64,000 nucleotides of DNA from Hyaloraphidium curvatum SAG 235-1 (GCA_025558095.1 JAIVFI010000010.1:310001-374000), one strand, 5' to 3'; positions 24,626 to 35,865 are shown, numbered from the stretch's first letter. Notes: generated from the sequence alone by a model not told the origin. Numbers and translations: made by a program.

Positions 24626-26475
24626 TCATGTCAAACCAAACCACGATTTCGAAGACTCGAACACGAGGCGGGTAATCGCCGCACTAGGGAGCAGTTTAAG
24701 CCCGGAGGCTATGATGCCACGCTTTGCGAGGGTAAAGTTCGAGCTTTGTCCGGGCTGGCGGCCACACTCACGTAGAGGCCAAAGATCCCTTCTCTTGCCA
24801 ACGTCCGCTTGACGACGTCCAGCCCATTTCTGTAGGTGTATGGATGCGACGGCGTGCCTTGCGCCTGCAGTCGCGTGCGAACAAGCTGGATTGGGTATAC
24901 GAGGAAGCTGCCGGCGCCGGCACTGATGGAGCCCATTACTGGAGCAAACATGTGAGAATCACACCTATCTGCGATCATGGAGGCGCACTCATACCAAGAA
25001 CAGTCATGTTGGACGGAATAGCTTCAATCCTTCGCACATATTCCTTGCGGAGGAGTTCAAACAGGGCAAGGTTCACTCCACTGTACGGAACGATTCCGAG
25101 AAGTGCGACAGGAAGCCCTTTGTAGAATCCCCGGATTCCGAAGCGTTCGTACATGTCCTTCGCAGTCCGCCAAGCCAAGTGTGAGTTCATTTGCGGCTTC
25201 CCAGCAATGGCCGCCACGGGACCAGAGCTGGTGGGGCCCATCTTGGAAGCTTGCGCTGCAGATTCAGTCACGATGTCCGACATGACGCGCGTCTTGACGC
25301 TGGAAAGTGGGTAACCAGCTTCGAGTTCCCAGAAGGTAATGATGGTTAGCACCGTAACAGCAGAAGTCAAGGCCTCAGTTACCAGTCATCGCCGTAGCAC
25401 CAGCAAGCCCCCCGGCAAAGAAACGGCCGACATCCGAGATCTGCGACCGATTGCTTTTGCCTTCCAACGATGCGATCGCCGCCTTTGAGATCTCAAAGGC
25501 GGTGAACTGGAACGCGGAACCGGGTATCATTTTGAGAAGCTCCAGATTCAGGCCCCGGTAGAACGATCTAATGCCCCCTTCTCTCATGATGTCTCTGATA
25601 GCGACCCTCAACTGTTGAAAGAGGGGTTGGGGGGCGGCCACAGCGCCCTTGGCCCCTCGCGAACCCGGGATATGGAGCCGCGACGTCTCGTTCTGGAAGT
25701 AGACACGGATCCGATCCAAGGGGGCAGTAGCTGTCCGGGACACCGCGGCCGACAGGCCGCCGCAGAGCACGTATTGGACTGTCCGGCCGGTGGAGAGCTC
25801 GCTGGCCTCACTGGCCTGAGGCGGCACCACGTACCCCATTTCGTACTGGTCTCCGGCAGCGGCCTGACCAAAGACCGCCGAGTGGAACACCAAGAACTCC
25901 CGGGGCGTCAAACCACCGGAGCGCCGGGGGGGTATGAAGATGGCGAAGGATCGGAACTCGCTCCATTCGATTGTCCGCGAGTGATCGGTGTCCAGCTCGT
26001 CCATGAACCTCTTCAGCTGCTCCGGCGAGAGTTTGATGTGGGCTTCCTCGAGCCACGCCGCCATCTCCTGCGGCGTGAGGTGCTCGTCCGAATCGGCGTC
26101 GATCTTGCTGAAGAGCGCCTTCAGTGTTCGTTCCCTGGCCCGGACAAAGGCCGTGAACTCCTCCAGGGAAAGAGAAGGGGCCTCGTCGCCCTTTCCTCGT
26201 GACGCAGAGGCGCCCGTCACGAGATCCTTGGCCAGGGCGAGCAGCCGCTCCCTGTCCGGGGTCTTTCGGTCCCCGGTCGAGTTCTGGGCCAGCGACTCCA
26301 GCTTCTGGGCGATTTCCTCGACATCGACGCGTCCATCGTGGTTCTTGTCCAGCTTATCGAACAGCTTCTTTATCCGTGCGCGGTCTTTTGCCTCCCTGGC
26401 CGCTTCGGGGTCCGCCGGCTCCTGAACGGGCTCGCCCGGCGGCGGCTCCTTGCCGCGTACCGTTGTGAACAGCAT
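24626..26475 (-). CDS. SAL1: Ca2+-binding (EF-hand) mitochondrial ATP-Mg/Pi carrier, Sal1/SCaMC-like
   Basis: EF hands DKNHDGRVDVEE, DADSDEHLTPQE, DTDHSRTIEWSE; carrier signatures APLDRIRV and YPIQLVRTRLQAQGT; last exon RGIIASGLKLLPSAAITRLVFE...*. Confidence 0.88.
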
Positions 26476-26686
26476 CGCACTGGAGCTCCAGAAACCAGAG
26501 TCCGAGCTGCCTTCTGAAGTCCAGAATCTTTGATATGACCACGGGTACGAGGGTGATGTGGCCGACACGCGCGGTCGCGGACCCTCTCCCCGGGCCCGAG
26601 TCGATCTCTCCGCTCTGGGGGAGGCGACACCGAGACAAGTGCGTAGTAGAACTCTAATATCAGATCTCCCAAGATGCAACACACGA

Positions 26687-27936
26687 TCATTTGAAAATCA
26701 GGTCTTCGTCGTCCTGGTCGAGGATGCTCGGCTGCCCTTGGCCGCCGCCCGACATCATCTTCTGTTGGAGAGCCTCTGCGGAGAGAACGTCAGCACCGGG
26801 GAGGGCGAGGCGACGCGAAGCGCCAACGAACCTTGCTTGGCCTCAAGCTCGCTCTTCGCGGTCGCGTCCTTGTTGTCCTTCTTCTTCTTCTGCACCTTCT
26901 TGAGCCGGTAGAACTCCTCGCGCTCGAGCTCGTCGAGCTCCGAAATGATGTAGCTGCGAAGCCACACGGGTGAGCATCTCCGCAGCCAAAATCATCGCGC
27001 GTCAAACGCACGAAATGGTGTTCTCGATCCGCGGGATGATGACGTGCTCGATGGCGTTGACACGCCGGTTCGTCACCTTGATGACCTCGTCCAGAATCAC
27101 GAAGGCGGTTTGCAGGGATGCCAGCTCCACGAGAATCTCCACGGCCTTGTGGTAGGTTTCCCGGCAGCGCGTGATCTGCTGCCCACCCTTGCCGAGACCA
27201 GTGAGCTCGTGCGCTGCGCGGGCCGAGGGGTCAGCGTGCTCCGCGAAAAAGGCCGAAGGGGAGCAACGAACCGTTGGCGCCGTCGACGTACGACTCGAAG
27301 ACCGGAAGCATGACACCCGACACGTTCTCGCTCTTGGCGCGCACCTTGAGCTGCGCGGCCTTGACGTTCTCGCGAATGACGTAGCTGGGGCAACACCATG
27401 AGACACTTGAATACGCGACAGGCAGCCAAGCAGCCCACCTGATGTCTCCGGCGATATAGATAACCTCGGCGAGCGAGAAGTAGGCAGCCTGCATGACCTT
27501 GCCCATCTTGAGCTTGGCCTGGAGACCCGGCATCAGAAGGCCAATCTTGATACCCTTCCCCGATCGCGCAACGGCCCTCCGCATGTCCCCGGAGCGTAGG
27601 GAGGCCAGCAGCCAGTGGGCCCTTATCGGTGGCACCGTGCCACGGGCTCCCCCGCCGCATCCCACATCGCACCGCTGCCGTCCGGTCCGCATCGGACCTT
27701 CTCTGGAAGCCCCGAAGCCCAGTAGCAGCCCGATTCTGCGCCCTCGGCCTGCACGCCCACGGCCCGCTACCCACGTCGTTAATCTTCTTCAGGATCTCCC
27801 TGAAGCGCCGCGTCAGGGCCTCCGCCTTGCGCTTCAGCAGCGAGTGGCCCTGCTGCGCGCCCTTGAGCTTCTGCTTCATGGTCGTGAGCGCCATGCGCGT
27901 GGGGAAGATGTTCAAACGCGCGCCGGTGCCCGACAT
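26687..27936 (-). CDS. VMA8: V-type ATPase V1 subunit D
   Basis: RLNIFPTRMAL...GHSLLKRKAEAL, ENVSGVMLPVF, LVELASLQTAF, TNRRVNAIEHVIIPRIENT, ELDELEREEFYRLKK. Confidence 0.96.
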
Positions 27937-28211
27937 GGCGGCGGCGTGCGGGTGCGGAAGGGGCGGGAGGGGGCGGGTGTGCGGGGCGCGAGACGCGCGG
28001 GCAGAGAGAAGCGGCGGCCGGGCGCGATGCGGCGGCCGGTTCCCGTGCGCGGGGGATGCGGGGAAGGCGAGTCCGAAGTAGCGCCACCGCGGGGGCCGAG
28101 GCGTCACGCGCGAAGACAATCGGCCCGAACCGTGCGGCGAAACGCCCGATCGCGTCCAGCGAACAACGCGAAGGTTCTCCAAACCACGTCGTTGGCGCCA
28201 CTCCGGCCATC

Positions 28212-29160
28212 ATGACGGGGACGGCGCGGCGGGACGCGTTCCGCGAGCTCCCTGAGCAAGTTCTCTTTCTCCTGGACACCAGCAACGAGCTTCTCCTACC
28301 GATGTCTCCGGAGGGCCTGACGCGCCTGGAGATCTTCAAGGGCCTATTGAAGCGTTTCCTGCACATCAAGCACATGCTGAACTCGCGGCACCGCTTCTCG
28401 CTCTCGTACATCACCGAGACGCCGTCGTACATCCTGGACTTTTCGACCAACCAGGAGGAATTCGCTTTCATGCTGGACCAGGTCCTGCAGCAGGGCTCGC
28501 TGCGGCCATGCGGCAGCTTTCGGCTGTCGAGCATCGCCGAGGTGGTCCTCGCACACGTGCCGGACCTGGCGCCGGGCGGCCCGGCGCCGACCCACGTCAC
28601 GAGGGTCATCCTCGTCGTCGCCCGGACGAGCTGCGAAATGGCGGACCTGACGGCCGAAGAGGCCAAGGTCCTGGCCGGCCTCTTTTCTACGGGACGCTTC
28701 TTCGTGGACATCCTCCTCATGCACGATTCGAAAGTCCTGCCGACTCAGGGCAACGTTCTCGGGACCCAGGCCCTGTACGACAAGCTGAATGCCGCGCTGG
28801 ACCCAATGGAAGTCGGCTACTCTTTTGGTAGGCGCTTTATGTTGCCGGTTGCAGCTCGAGCTGAGGCGATGGGCCTTTGCAGAGGTCGGCCGGGTCACCA
28901 AGCGCCTCGCGGACGGCATGGCCAAGCTCCTCGCCCATCCCTGCCAGCGGGTGCTCCCGCAGGACAACCTGACGCCGTTGCTCAACAAGCCGGCTCCCGC
29001 GCCCGCGCCCGCACCGGCGCAGCCGCCGTCCAACACCCCGGGCAGCTCGGCGGCCCCTTCGGCCGCACCGACCCCCAGCCCCCGGACTTCCCCGCAGCCG
29101 GCGCAGCAGCGGCCGCAGAGCACCTCCCCTCTGCCGCCTCTGCCTCCGCCGCAGTCATGA
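28212..29160 (+). CDS. BABAM1: BRISC/BRCA1-A complex member 1 (MERIT40/NBA1), vWA-like domain
   Basis: PEQVLFLLDTS, FLHIKHMLNSRHRFSL, RVILVVAR, FFVDILLMH, MAKLLAHPCQR; intron near 28828-28882. Confidence 0.78.
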
Positions 29161-31521
29161 AGCAAATCACTTCCATACCATGTATTTTTGATTCCAAGAA
29201 CGAGAGCACCTACTTGCCGGCCCGCCGGCGGGGCGCGCCACGCCACGCGCCCCCGGTATCGTCCCCTCCCACCATCCTCTTTCTCACGGCGCCGGCGAGA
29301 ACGCCTGCCCCAGATACGCCGAATAGTCCGATCCCCCCGAGACCTGCGGCATCCCGCCCGCCAGCCTCTGCGCCACCGCGGGCTTGATCCCCGCCCGCAC
29401 GAGGTCGTCCGCGGTGATGAAGTTGCGCTCGCCCGCGACGGCCTTGAACGCCCCCAGGAGCTGCTCCGGGGTGGTCTGGTCCTCCTCGATCGAGCGTACG
29501 AAACCGATGTAGGGCTTGAACGTGACCTCCTCCGTCCCCTTGGAGGCGTCGTGGAACACCTTCTCGAACTCCTCGTCCTGCGATTTCGTGTCAGCATTCA
29601 ATGTGCGGACCGCCGGCCGCCGCAAACGCACCGAGTAGACGATCCCCATGGCCTGCAGCGCGGCCTTGAACTCGAGCCTGTTGAGCGAGTTGCTGTTGTC
29701 CCTGTCGAGCTGCCTGAAGGCGTTCGAGTACTCCTCCAGCTTCCCGGGCGCGATGTCGGTCCGCGTCCGCGCCACCATCTGGTTCTGGATGAAGGACGCC
29801 TTCTTGCCGGCGCCGATGCCGAGCTGCTCCAGGTCGAAGGCGAGGTCGTCGGGCGAGTAGATTGTGTAGACGTTGTCGGCGATGCTGCCGGCCTCGCGCG
29901 TCTCGTTGTAGAGCGCCTCGACGTTCTACGGGCCGGCGAGGGATGGTCAGTGTCGGCTCGGCCTTGGCAGGACTGGGACCAACCTTTAGCGGCCCGTTCA
30001 GGGAGCCCAGCTTGGCCTGCAGCCCCTTGACGGCCTCGAGCTGCTTCTCCAGGCTCATCTTGGGGTCCAGCGACGCCAGGTCGCGCGACAGCCCCTCGAT
30101 GTCCCGCGCGAGCGCGTTTGCCGCGTCGGCGTACTTCTTCCTCAGCCTGTCCCTGGCCTCGGCGATGTAGGCCGTGATCCCGGACTTGCGCTTGCTCTCG
30201 GCGGCCAGGAGGTCCTGCCAGGAGCTGTCGATGTCGGCGGGGGTGCACCCCGCGGGCGGGGCGTAGGCGGCGAGATTGTAGGTCTTGAGCTTGGTAGCGA
30301 TGTTGCCCAGGAGCGTGTCCAGGTCCCGCTTCTCGACGACCCACGAGCGCTTCTGGCCCAGCTTGTGGTTCGTCTCGAACTCGTTGAGCTGGGCCATGGC
30401 GTCCGAGTAGGAGGAGAAGGACGAGGAGCTCCAGGCCGAGACCTGGTCCGCGATCGCCTTCATCAGCGCTGCAAAGACAAAGCGTGAGTCTCGGTCGATG
30501 AAATGCCCGCACAGCCGACCGCCCACCCCTCGCCCGCTCCTCAAAGTCGTTCTGCATCATCCACGCCTGCTCCATGACCTCGGCAAACTTGCCCACCCGC
30601 CTCTGCGCCGTCTCGAGCTTGTCGCTCCCCGCAAAGGCGTGGAAGTACTGCGCCACGTAGGTCATGACCGAGCGCTCGTCGGGCTTGACGACCTCGGTCA
30701 GGTCCTCGGGGGCAAACAGCTTGGGGATCCCCAGGTCGCGCTCGGCCACCTCCATGGCCAGCGCCGCGTTCTCGGTCTTCTTCTTGGTGTCGAGCGCGTA
30801 GAAATCCAGCAGCTCGGGGCGGTGCCGGTGGATCAGCGCGCACAGGGCCAGGCCGTCGTTCCAGGAGAAGGTGAAGTCCTTGACGTCCACCGTCGGCTTG
30901 TAGGGGGCCGTCTTGCGCTGGCACCACAGCAGCAGGCCCTCCTTGGCCGTCAGGCCCTCCTCGGAGATGTCGGCGATGGAGAAGCGCAGGATGAGAGACC
31001 AGATCAGGCCCAGGATCAGCTTCGAGTTCTGGTCCACGATGTCCTCGGCGCCGACTGCGGCGGGGGGTAAGCGGGACGTGCCGGCCGGCCGGGCGGCGGC
31101 ACCCACTGTTGGTCAGCTGGATGTTCCGGGACTTGATGAACTGGAGGACCTTGTTGCAGTTCTCCACCTTCTGGATCCGCAGCTTGGGGTTCTTGTTGTA
31201 CCGCCCCAGGCTCTCCTCGCCAATGACCTCGAGCAGCTGGATCAGCGGCTCGCCCGTGCTCACATCGGTGGTGATGTTGCCGATGGGAGGGAGCCGTTTG
31301 TCGGTGAGCTTGGAGTTGGCCCAGTTGGTGAAGGTCTTGATCTGGATCTCTTCCCTAAGCAGGGCAGGGAGAGGAGGAGCGACGCGTCGGAGTCTGTCCG
31401 GAGGTGCGCGGCGCGGGAAACCCACCACTTCTTGTCCAGACTGTGGGCCGTATCGACGACTGCAGCTTTTCCGGGGTCAGCCAGACCAATATGCGGCTCA
31501 GGAGCGTGTAAGGATCCCACC

Positions 31522-34386
31522 TAGGGTGCCTGGCAAGCTCAAAAAATACCGTGCCCACGGGCATGCCCATCACCTGATCCGGTGCCCATGGGCACCATAT
31601 GGGCATGCCCATCATGTACTTGTAGAAGAGAGTCTATTAGGAACGTGCACGATGCTGCGCTAAGAGTGCTTCCAAGCTTATCTGTGCCTCCCCCTCCTCA
31701 ACAAAAGCCCGCAGCGGTTGAGCAGCAGCCAATTGGGCTTCCTCAGCAGTGCGCAGTTGATTAATGTCGAGGAAACTCTCCAAGACATAGGGCCCTGTCG
31801 CGGCGCGGAAGACGGAAGTTGTCCCAAATCCCACCTCGAACTCCTCCTCCTCCGCATCAATGCGAGGCCAAAGTGCGTGGAAAACATCTCGGTGCTGCTC
31901 GTTTTCCGGGTCCAGGGCCCGGATAGGAGCTCCCGAGCCCAAGGTCAAGGAATCCAGGACGTCGGCAAGGTTGTCATCGGTTCCGTGGGTTCTCCAGGGC
32001 TTTTCCTCCGCAGATTGCACCCTTGGCTTTAAGGTCTTCATCTCCTGCTTCAATGCGCTCTTGACCAGCCCTATTTCCTTCAACGTTGCGGAATTCATTC
32101 GATTCCGCGAGTCTGTCTTTGCAAGGCCCAAACTGGAAAACACGCGCTCGGTCGCGGCACTGTGCGGCGCAATGCTAAGCACCATGAGCGCAAACTCGCG
32201 CACAAAGACGAGTTCCGTAGTGCCCAAGCCCCAGGTCTCCCAGAACTCCCTTGCCGTCCGAACCTGGCCGTCGATCCCGCTGAACATGTTGCGCCCGAAG
32301 AAATAGTCATCCAGCTGGGCAAGGACCGACAAGCTGGCCTCCTGTCGGAACTTCCAAGCAAGCAGCAGCTTGCCAATCTCCCATTCGAGCCACCGCTTCT
32401 TGTCCCTGCCGTCGACCTGGCACCCAGTCACAGAAAACTTCCGGTGAACAGGGGAAAGGTGGAGAGCAACAAGGTAGATCGCATGATCAAACTCCTTGAC
32501 TCTGGCATTTAACGACAACTTAGCCAGAGCGAATGTTTCCCTGGCACCCTCCACAACGGGACTAACACCACGCCAGGTCCGAGCAACCATCGAATACTCG
32601 ATCAGTACGTCTGCCAGGGTCGCGTCCGAATGCTCAAGGCGGCCTAGGGCATCCACAATCGGCCTCACGATCTGGATCAGCTCGGCATTGTGGGCAAAGT
32701 GATACGGGTCCTTCACCACATCCAGCACCCGATCTGGAACGTCTGTCGGCCGTACACCGGGTTCCAGGCCATCGTGCGCGTGTTGCGGGCTGAGGAGAAG
32801 ACGGAACCACGGCTGATGTGCGTCAATGCCCAAGCAGACCGTAATGAGAGAGTACCAGCGCGAGTCGGTATGCGTCGCGAGGGAGTGTGCAACATCGTGC
32901 TTGCCGGCCCAAATCTGGGCCAAGCGGCGCCACATAGGCGCCTTGTGAATCCAATTGACGAGAGTGAGGTTCTTTTTGATCACGGAGGTGGCCCAGTCGT
33001 GCTTCACAATGTCCTTGACGAGCAGGTTGAGGTTGTGGAGAACACACCGAATGCCGATGATGTGGGGGTGCTCCGTGCTCACCAGCCGACGAAGCTTCTT
33101 CATGACGGAAGGACTGTCCGTGCAGAACGCGTTCACGGGGCCCGGGGCCGCGAGATTGAGGCCAATTGAGCGGCACGACATGTTCACCTTCTCGTGCAAA
33201 AGCTCCGCTTTGTGGCGATCCTGAGTGACATCCCAGAGGTCCAACAAACGCTCCATGCCCGGTGTAACGGCTACCATCGCGTAGATTGAGGCCCCAGACG
33301 AATCTTCCCATCCGTCAAGCTGCAGAGTCCACGACTTTGCGGTCCCACAAAGCACGACCAACTTCTGGGCTTCGTCCCTAGTGATCTGGGTCAGGATACC
33401 ACCAATAGAGTGGCGTGTCAGGGGCCGGTACGCCGGGCTCAGGATCCCCAGAGCTTGCAGCAAATATGGATTCGACGCGAATCGAAACGGGACGTTGCCG
33501 GTCACAAAAGCTTTGGTGATCGCGAAATCCACCGCACTTGCAGTGGCAGCAGACAGAGGGGGATGGAAATGAGCCAGGAGAGTTCCAGCGCCAGATGCGG
33601 AGCCCGCCGCAGAACACGCCGAGGGCGGCGTCGACGACGCGTCAGAAAACGCGTTCCTCTTCCTGCGTTTGCTCTGCGGCGCTGCAGCAGACTTTTTCTT
33701 CTGCTCCTCGTCGTACTGATTGAGGCGCCGAAGGTACGCGACGCGTTCTTCCCCCACGGACTTGCACTTGGAAACGATGTGCTGCTCCAACCGTTCTGGC
33801 CGGCCATCCATTTCCTCCGAGCAGAAAGTGCACTTGGCCGTGACGCGTTTGCCCCTGTTCACCCCGTCCTTCCTTTTGACGAGGAAGCCCGCCCATCGCG
33901 GGTCGAGATCCGGTGCCGGGCGCACCCAATCGCCCCGCTCCACGGAAGGTCGCAAGGAGGCAGAGCCGCGCTCGGATCCGCTCTCCTCCTCGTCGCTGCG
34001 TCCTTCATTGACTGCGCTGATGCTGTCATTGGGCGCGAGTTCGTCCTCCATGTTCAGGACTTCGCAAAGCCGGTGAACTCGCGACGAACCCCCCACCCGC
34101 CGACCGCGACACCCTCGCAGAAAAGGAACGGAGACCGCTCTACGGATGAATGATTTCATTGAATCACTATATCAATTCATCCACGTTTGCTTGGCGTGAG
34201 CGATAGATTCCGCGTCCTGGCCCTGGCTCCTGACCCCTTAGGCCGGCTCCCCTGCCCGCTCGACGGGCTCGCTGTTGGGCACCCGGTGGGCAGCGCATCC
34301 GCAATTGGTGCCCATGGGCATGCCATGGGCATGCCCATGGCATGCCCACTTTGGGCATGCCCAACTTTTTGGTGCCAGGCACCCTA
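31522..34386 (-). mobile_element. Apparently autonomous hAT-superfamily DNA transposon, copy 1 (2865 bp)
   Basis: 14-bp perfect TIR TAGGGTGCCTGGCA; 8-bp TSD ATCCCACC (31514-21 and 34387-94); subterminal GGGCATGCCC / TGCCCATGGGCA palindromes; homologous empty site near 58524-58531. Confidence 0.96.
31637..34051 (-). CDS. hAT transposase (BED finger, DUF659-type DDE core, dimerisation domain); ORF open to 34159
   Basis: CTFC...HIVSKC BED finger; LQLDGW (D), CTDS (D), CVLHNLNL (CxxH), SRWYS, SAATERVFS (E), RNRM; no stops. Confidence 0.93.
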   Translation of the reverse strand: MEDELAPNDSISAVNEGRSDEEESGSERGSASLRPSVERGDWVRPAPDLDPRWAGFLVKRKDGVNRGKRVTAKCTFCSEEMDGRPERLEQHIVSKCKSVGEERVAYLRRLNQYDEEQKKKSAAAPQSKRRKRNAFSDASSTPPSACSAAGSASGAGTLLAHFHPPLSAATASAVDFAITKAFVTGNVPFRFASNPYLLQALGILSPAYRPLTRHSIGGILTQITRDEAQKLVVLCGTAKSWTLQLDGWEDSSGASIYAMVAVTPGMERLLDLWDVTQDRHKAELLHEKVNMSCRSIGLNLAAPGPVNAFCTDSPSVMKKLRRLVSTEHPHIIGIRCVLHNLNLLVKDIVKHDWATSVIKKNLTLVNWIHKAPMWRRLAQIWAGKHDVAHSLATHTDSRWYSLITVCLGIDAHQPWFRLLLSPQHAHDGLEPGVRPTDVPDRVLDVVKDPYHFAHNAELIQIVRPIVDALGRLEHSDATLADVLIEYSMVARTWRGVSPVVEGARETFALAKLSLNARVKEFDHAIYLVALHLSPVHRKFSVTGCQVDGRDKKRWLEWEIGKLLLAWKFRQEASLSVLAQLDDYFFGRNMFSGIDGQVRTAREFWETWGLGTTELVFVREFALMVLSIAPHSAATERVFSSLGLAKTDSRNRMNSATLKEIGLVKSALKQEMKTLKPRVQSAEEKPWRTHGTDDNLADVLDSLTLGSGAPIRALDPENEQHRDVFHALWPRIDAEEEEFEVGFGTTSVFRAATGPYVLESFLDINQLRTAEEAQLAAAQPLRAFVEEGEAQISLEALLAQHRARS

Positions 34387-35103
34387 ATCCCACCTTCTCG
34401 TGCTGGCGGCGCTGCCTCTTTGCCCGCTCGCCCCGTCCACGGGCGTCAGCCGCTGCGACGGGGAGCCAGACCCCTGGAAGTGAGGGGCACCGATGCGCCC
34501 GAGCGGTAGGACATCGTGGGTCCTTCTTTCGGGAATGAATGCGCGCGTGCGGCGGCGCGCGGAGTTTGGGTCGGGAAGGTCGGGGATGTCCGCACGCGAG
34601 TAATAACACGCGATGGGGGCGGTCCGAAGCGCCTTCGGGGGGCTAGATGGGCGAGCTGGATGACGCGAGGGAGGCGAGCCGCGCTGCCGCCGTCGAGCTC
34701 GGCTTCTTCAAGGGCGCCGAGAAGAACGAGATCGCCGAGCTCTTGCACCGCTCCCAGCTTCCTCCCCCCTCGGACCCCGCTTCGGAGGCGCTGTGGGCCG
34801 CTGCGCCGGGGCTACCTGACAATGAGCGGCTGGACTGGCAGGCCACCGCGGGCAACTACTTCGTGGGCCGAACGCACAAATGGATGCGGGCTCCAGGGCG
34901 GTGTGACGCGCCGGCCGTGGCACTGGTGCTCCATCGCCCTGCAAACCCTCTCGGACGCGGCTCGGGGACTAGGCACGCAGACCCTGGATCAAAAATGGTG
35001 CAATCTCGGCTGCAGGCCCAGTTACATCAAAAAGAAACTCTCCTGTCGCAGTGAATCCCGACCTCCAGAAGCAACCGAGGATGGAGCGCTTGCGGGTACC
35101 GTT

Positions 35104-35865
35104 CTAAAATGTGCCCTTGACTCCGATGTTGACGCCGCCCGCCCCTGCCTGAGGACCCGGTCAGCGCGTGCATTCGCGGCTCGGGTCGGCGTACTCACCC
35201 CGGGGTTGGCCCACCCGGTGGCCGAGAGGGTGGTGTTCTTGTCGATCTGGTGGCTGGCCGAGGCGCCGAACGTGGTGGCGGCGCTGCCGTTGGGGAACGT
35301 GGTGTGGCCGGCGGTCAGCCCGACGTTGGTTTTCCTGTCGATCTGGTGGTTGGCCGAAGCCCCGATGGCGGTGACGGCGCCGACGCCGGGGTACGTGGTG
35401 CTGCTGGTGCTGAGCCCGACGTTCGTGGGGCCGACCTGGTGGCTGCCCGACCACCCGACGCTGTGGACGCCGTGCGGGTGGCTCGCGGAGCTGAACGCCG
35501 CCGACGTGTTGCCGTGCGACAGGCTCGCCGTGGTAGTGGAGATGCCGGTTGAGTACCCGGTGTTGTGCTGGACGCCGACCCTCGTGCTCGAATCCAGCGG
35601 CATGCCGGCCCCCATGCTGAAGCCGGTCGCTGCGGGGATCGTGGTGAGGCTCCGATCTTGACGGCGGCGCTCAAAGTACCCTTGACTTCCTGCCCCACGT
35701 GTCCGTGGAGGTTCGCGTTGGCAGAGATCCCGCTGGTGGGGTCGTAGATGGCGTCTGCGGCGGAAAGACGACCGTGAGCGTCGGAATGTCGCCTTGCCGG
35801 GCGCGACACTTGCTGCCGTACGACACGCCGAGCCCGGTGTTCGTAGGGTTGAAGTTAAAAGACAT
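35104..35865 (-). CDS. 200-aa Gly/Ser/Thr-rich beta-hairpin-repeat protein ending in GVNIGVKGTF (attacin-like or beta-barrel-like), copy 1
   Basis: Four exons 35865-35814, 35754-35680, 35629-35199, 35148-35104 with consistent phases (first intron GC-AG). Repeats of the form HQIDxxTNVGLT...TTFP.G...T.FGASA. Confidence 0.7.

Larger units (their letters stand above)
29284..34514 (-). pseudogene. Alpha-actinin-like gene copy 1 (2 CH domains, spectrin-like rod, EF hands); exon-1 frameshift and hAT insertion in intron 1
   Basis: EEIQIKTFTNWAN, IVDQNSKLILGLIWSLILRF, DFTFSWNDGLALCALIHRHRP, PDERSVMTYVAQYF. Exon 1 reads MSYRSGASVPLTSRGLAPRRSG* (G4 versus G5 in copy 3). Confidence 0.7.

Noticed and set aside
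34647-35054. 135-aa plus-strand ORF spanning the repeat/cargo junction as a gene
   Set aside because: Its ATG lies in duplicated actinin upstream DNA and is fused to an unrelated coding-like fragment, so it is more likely a junction product.
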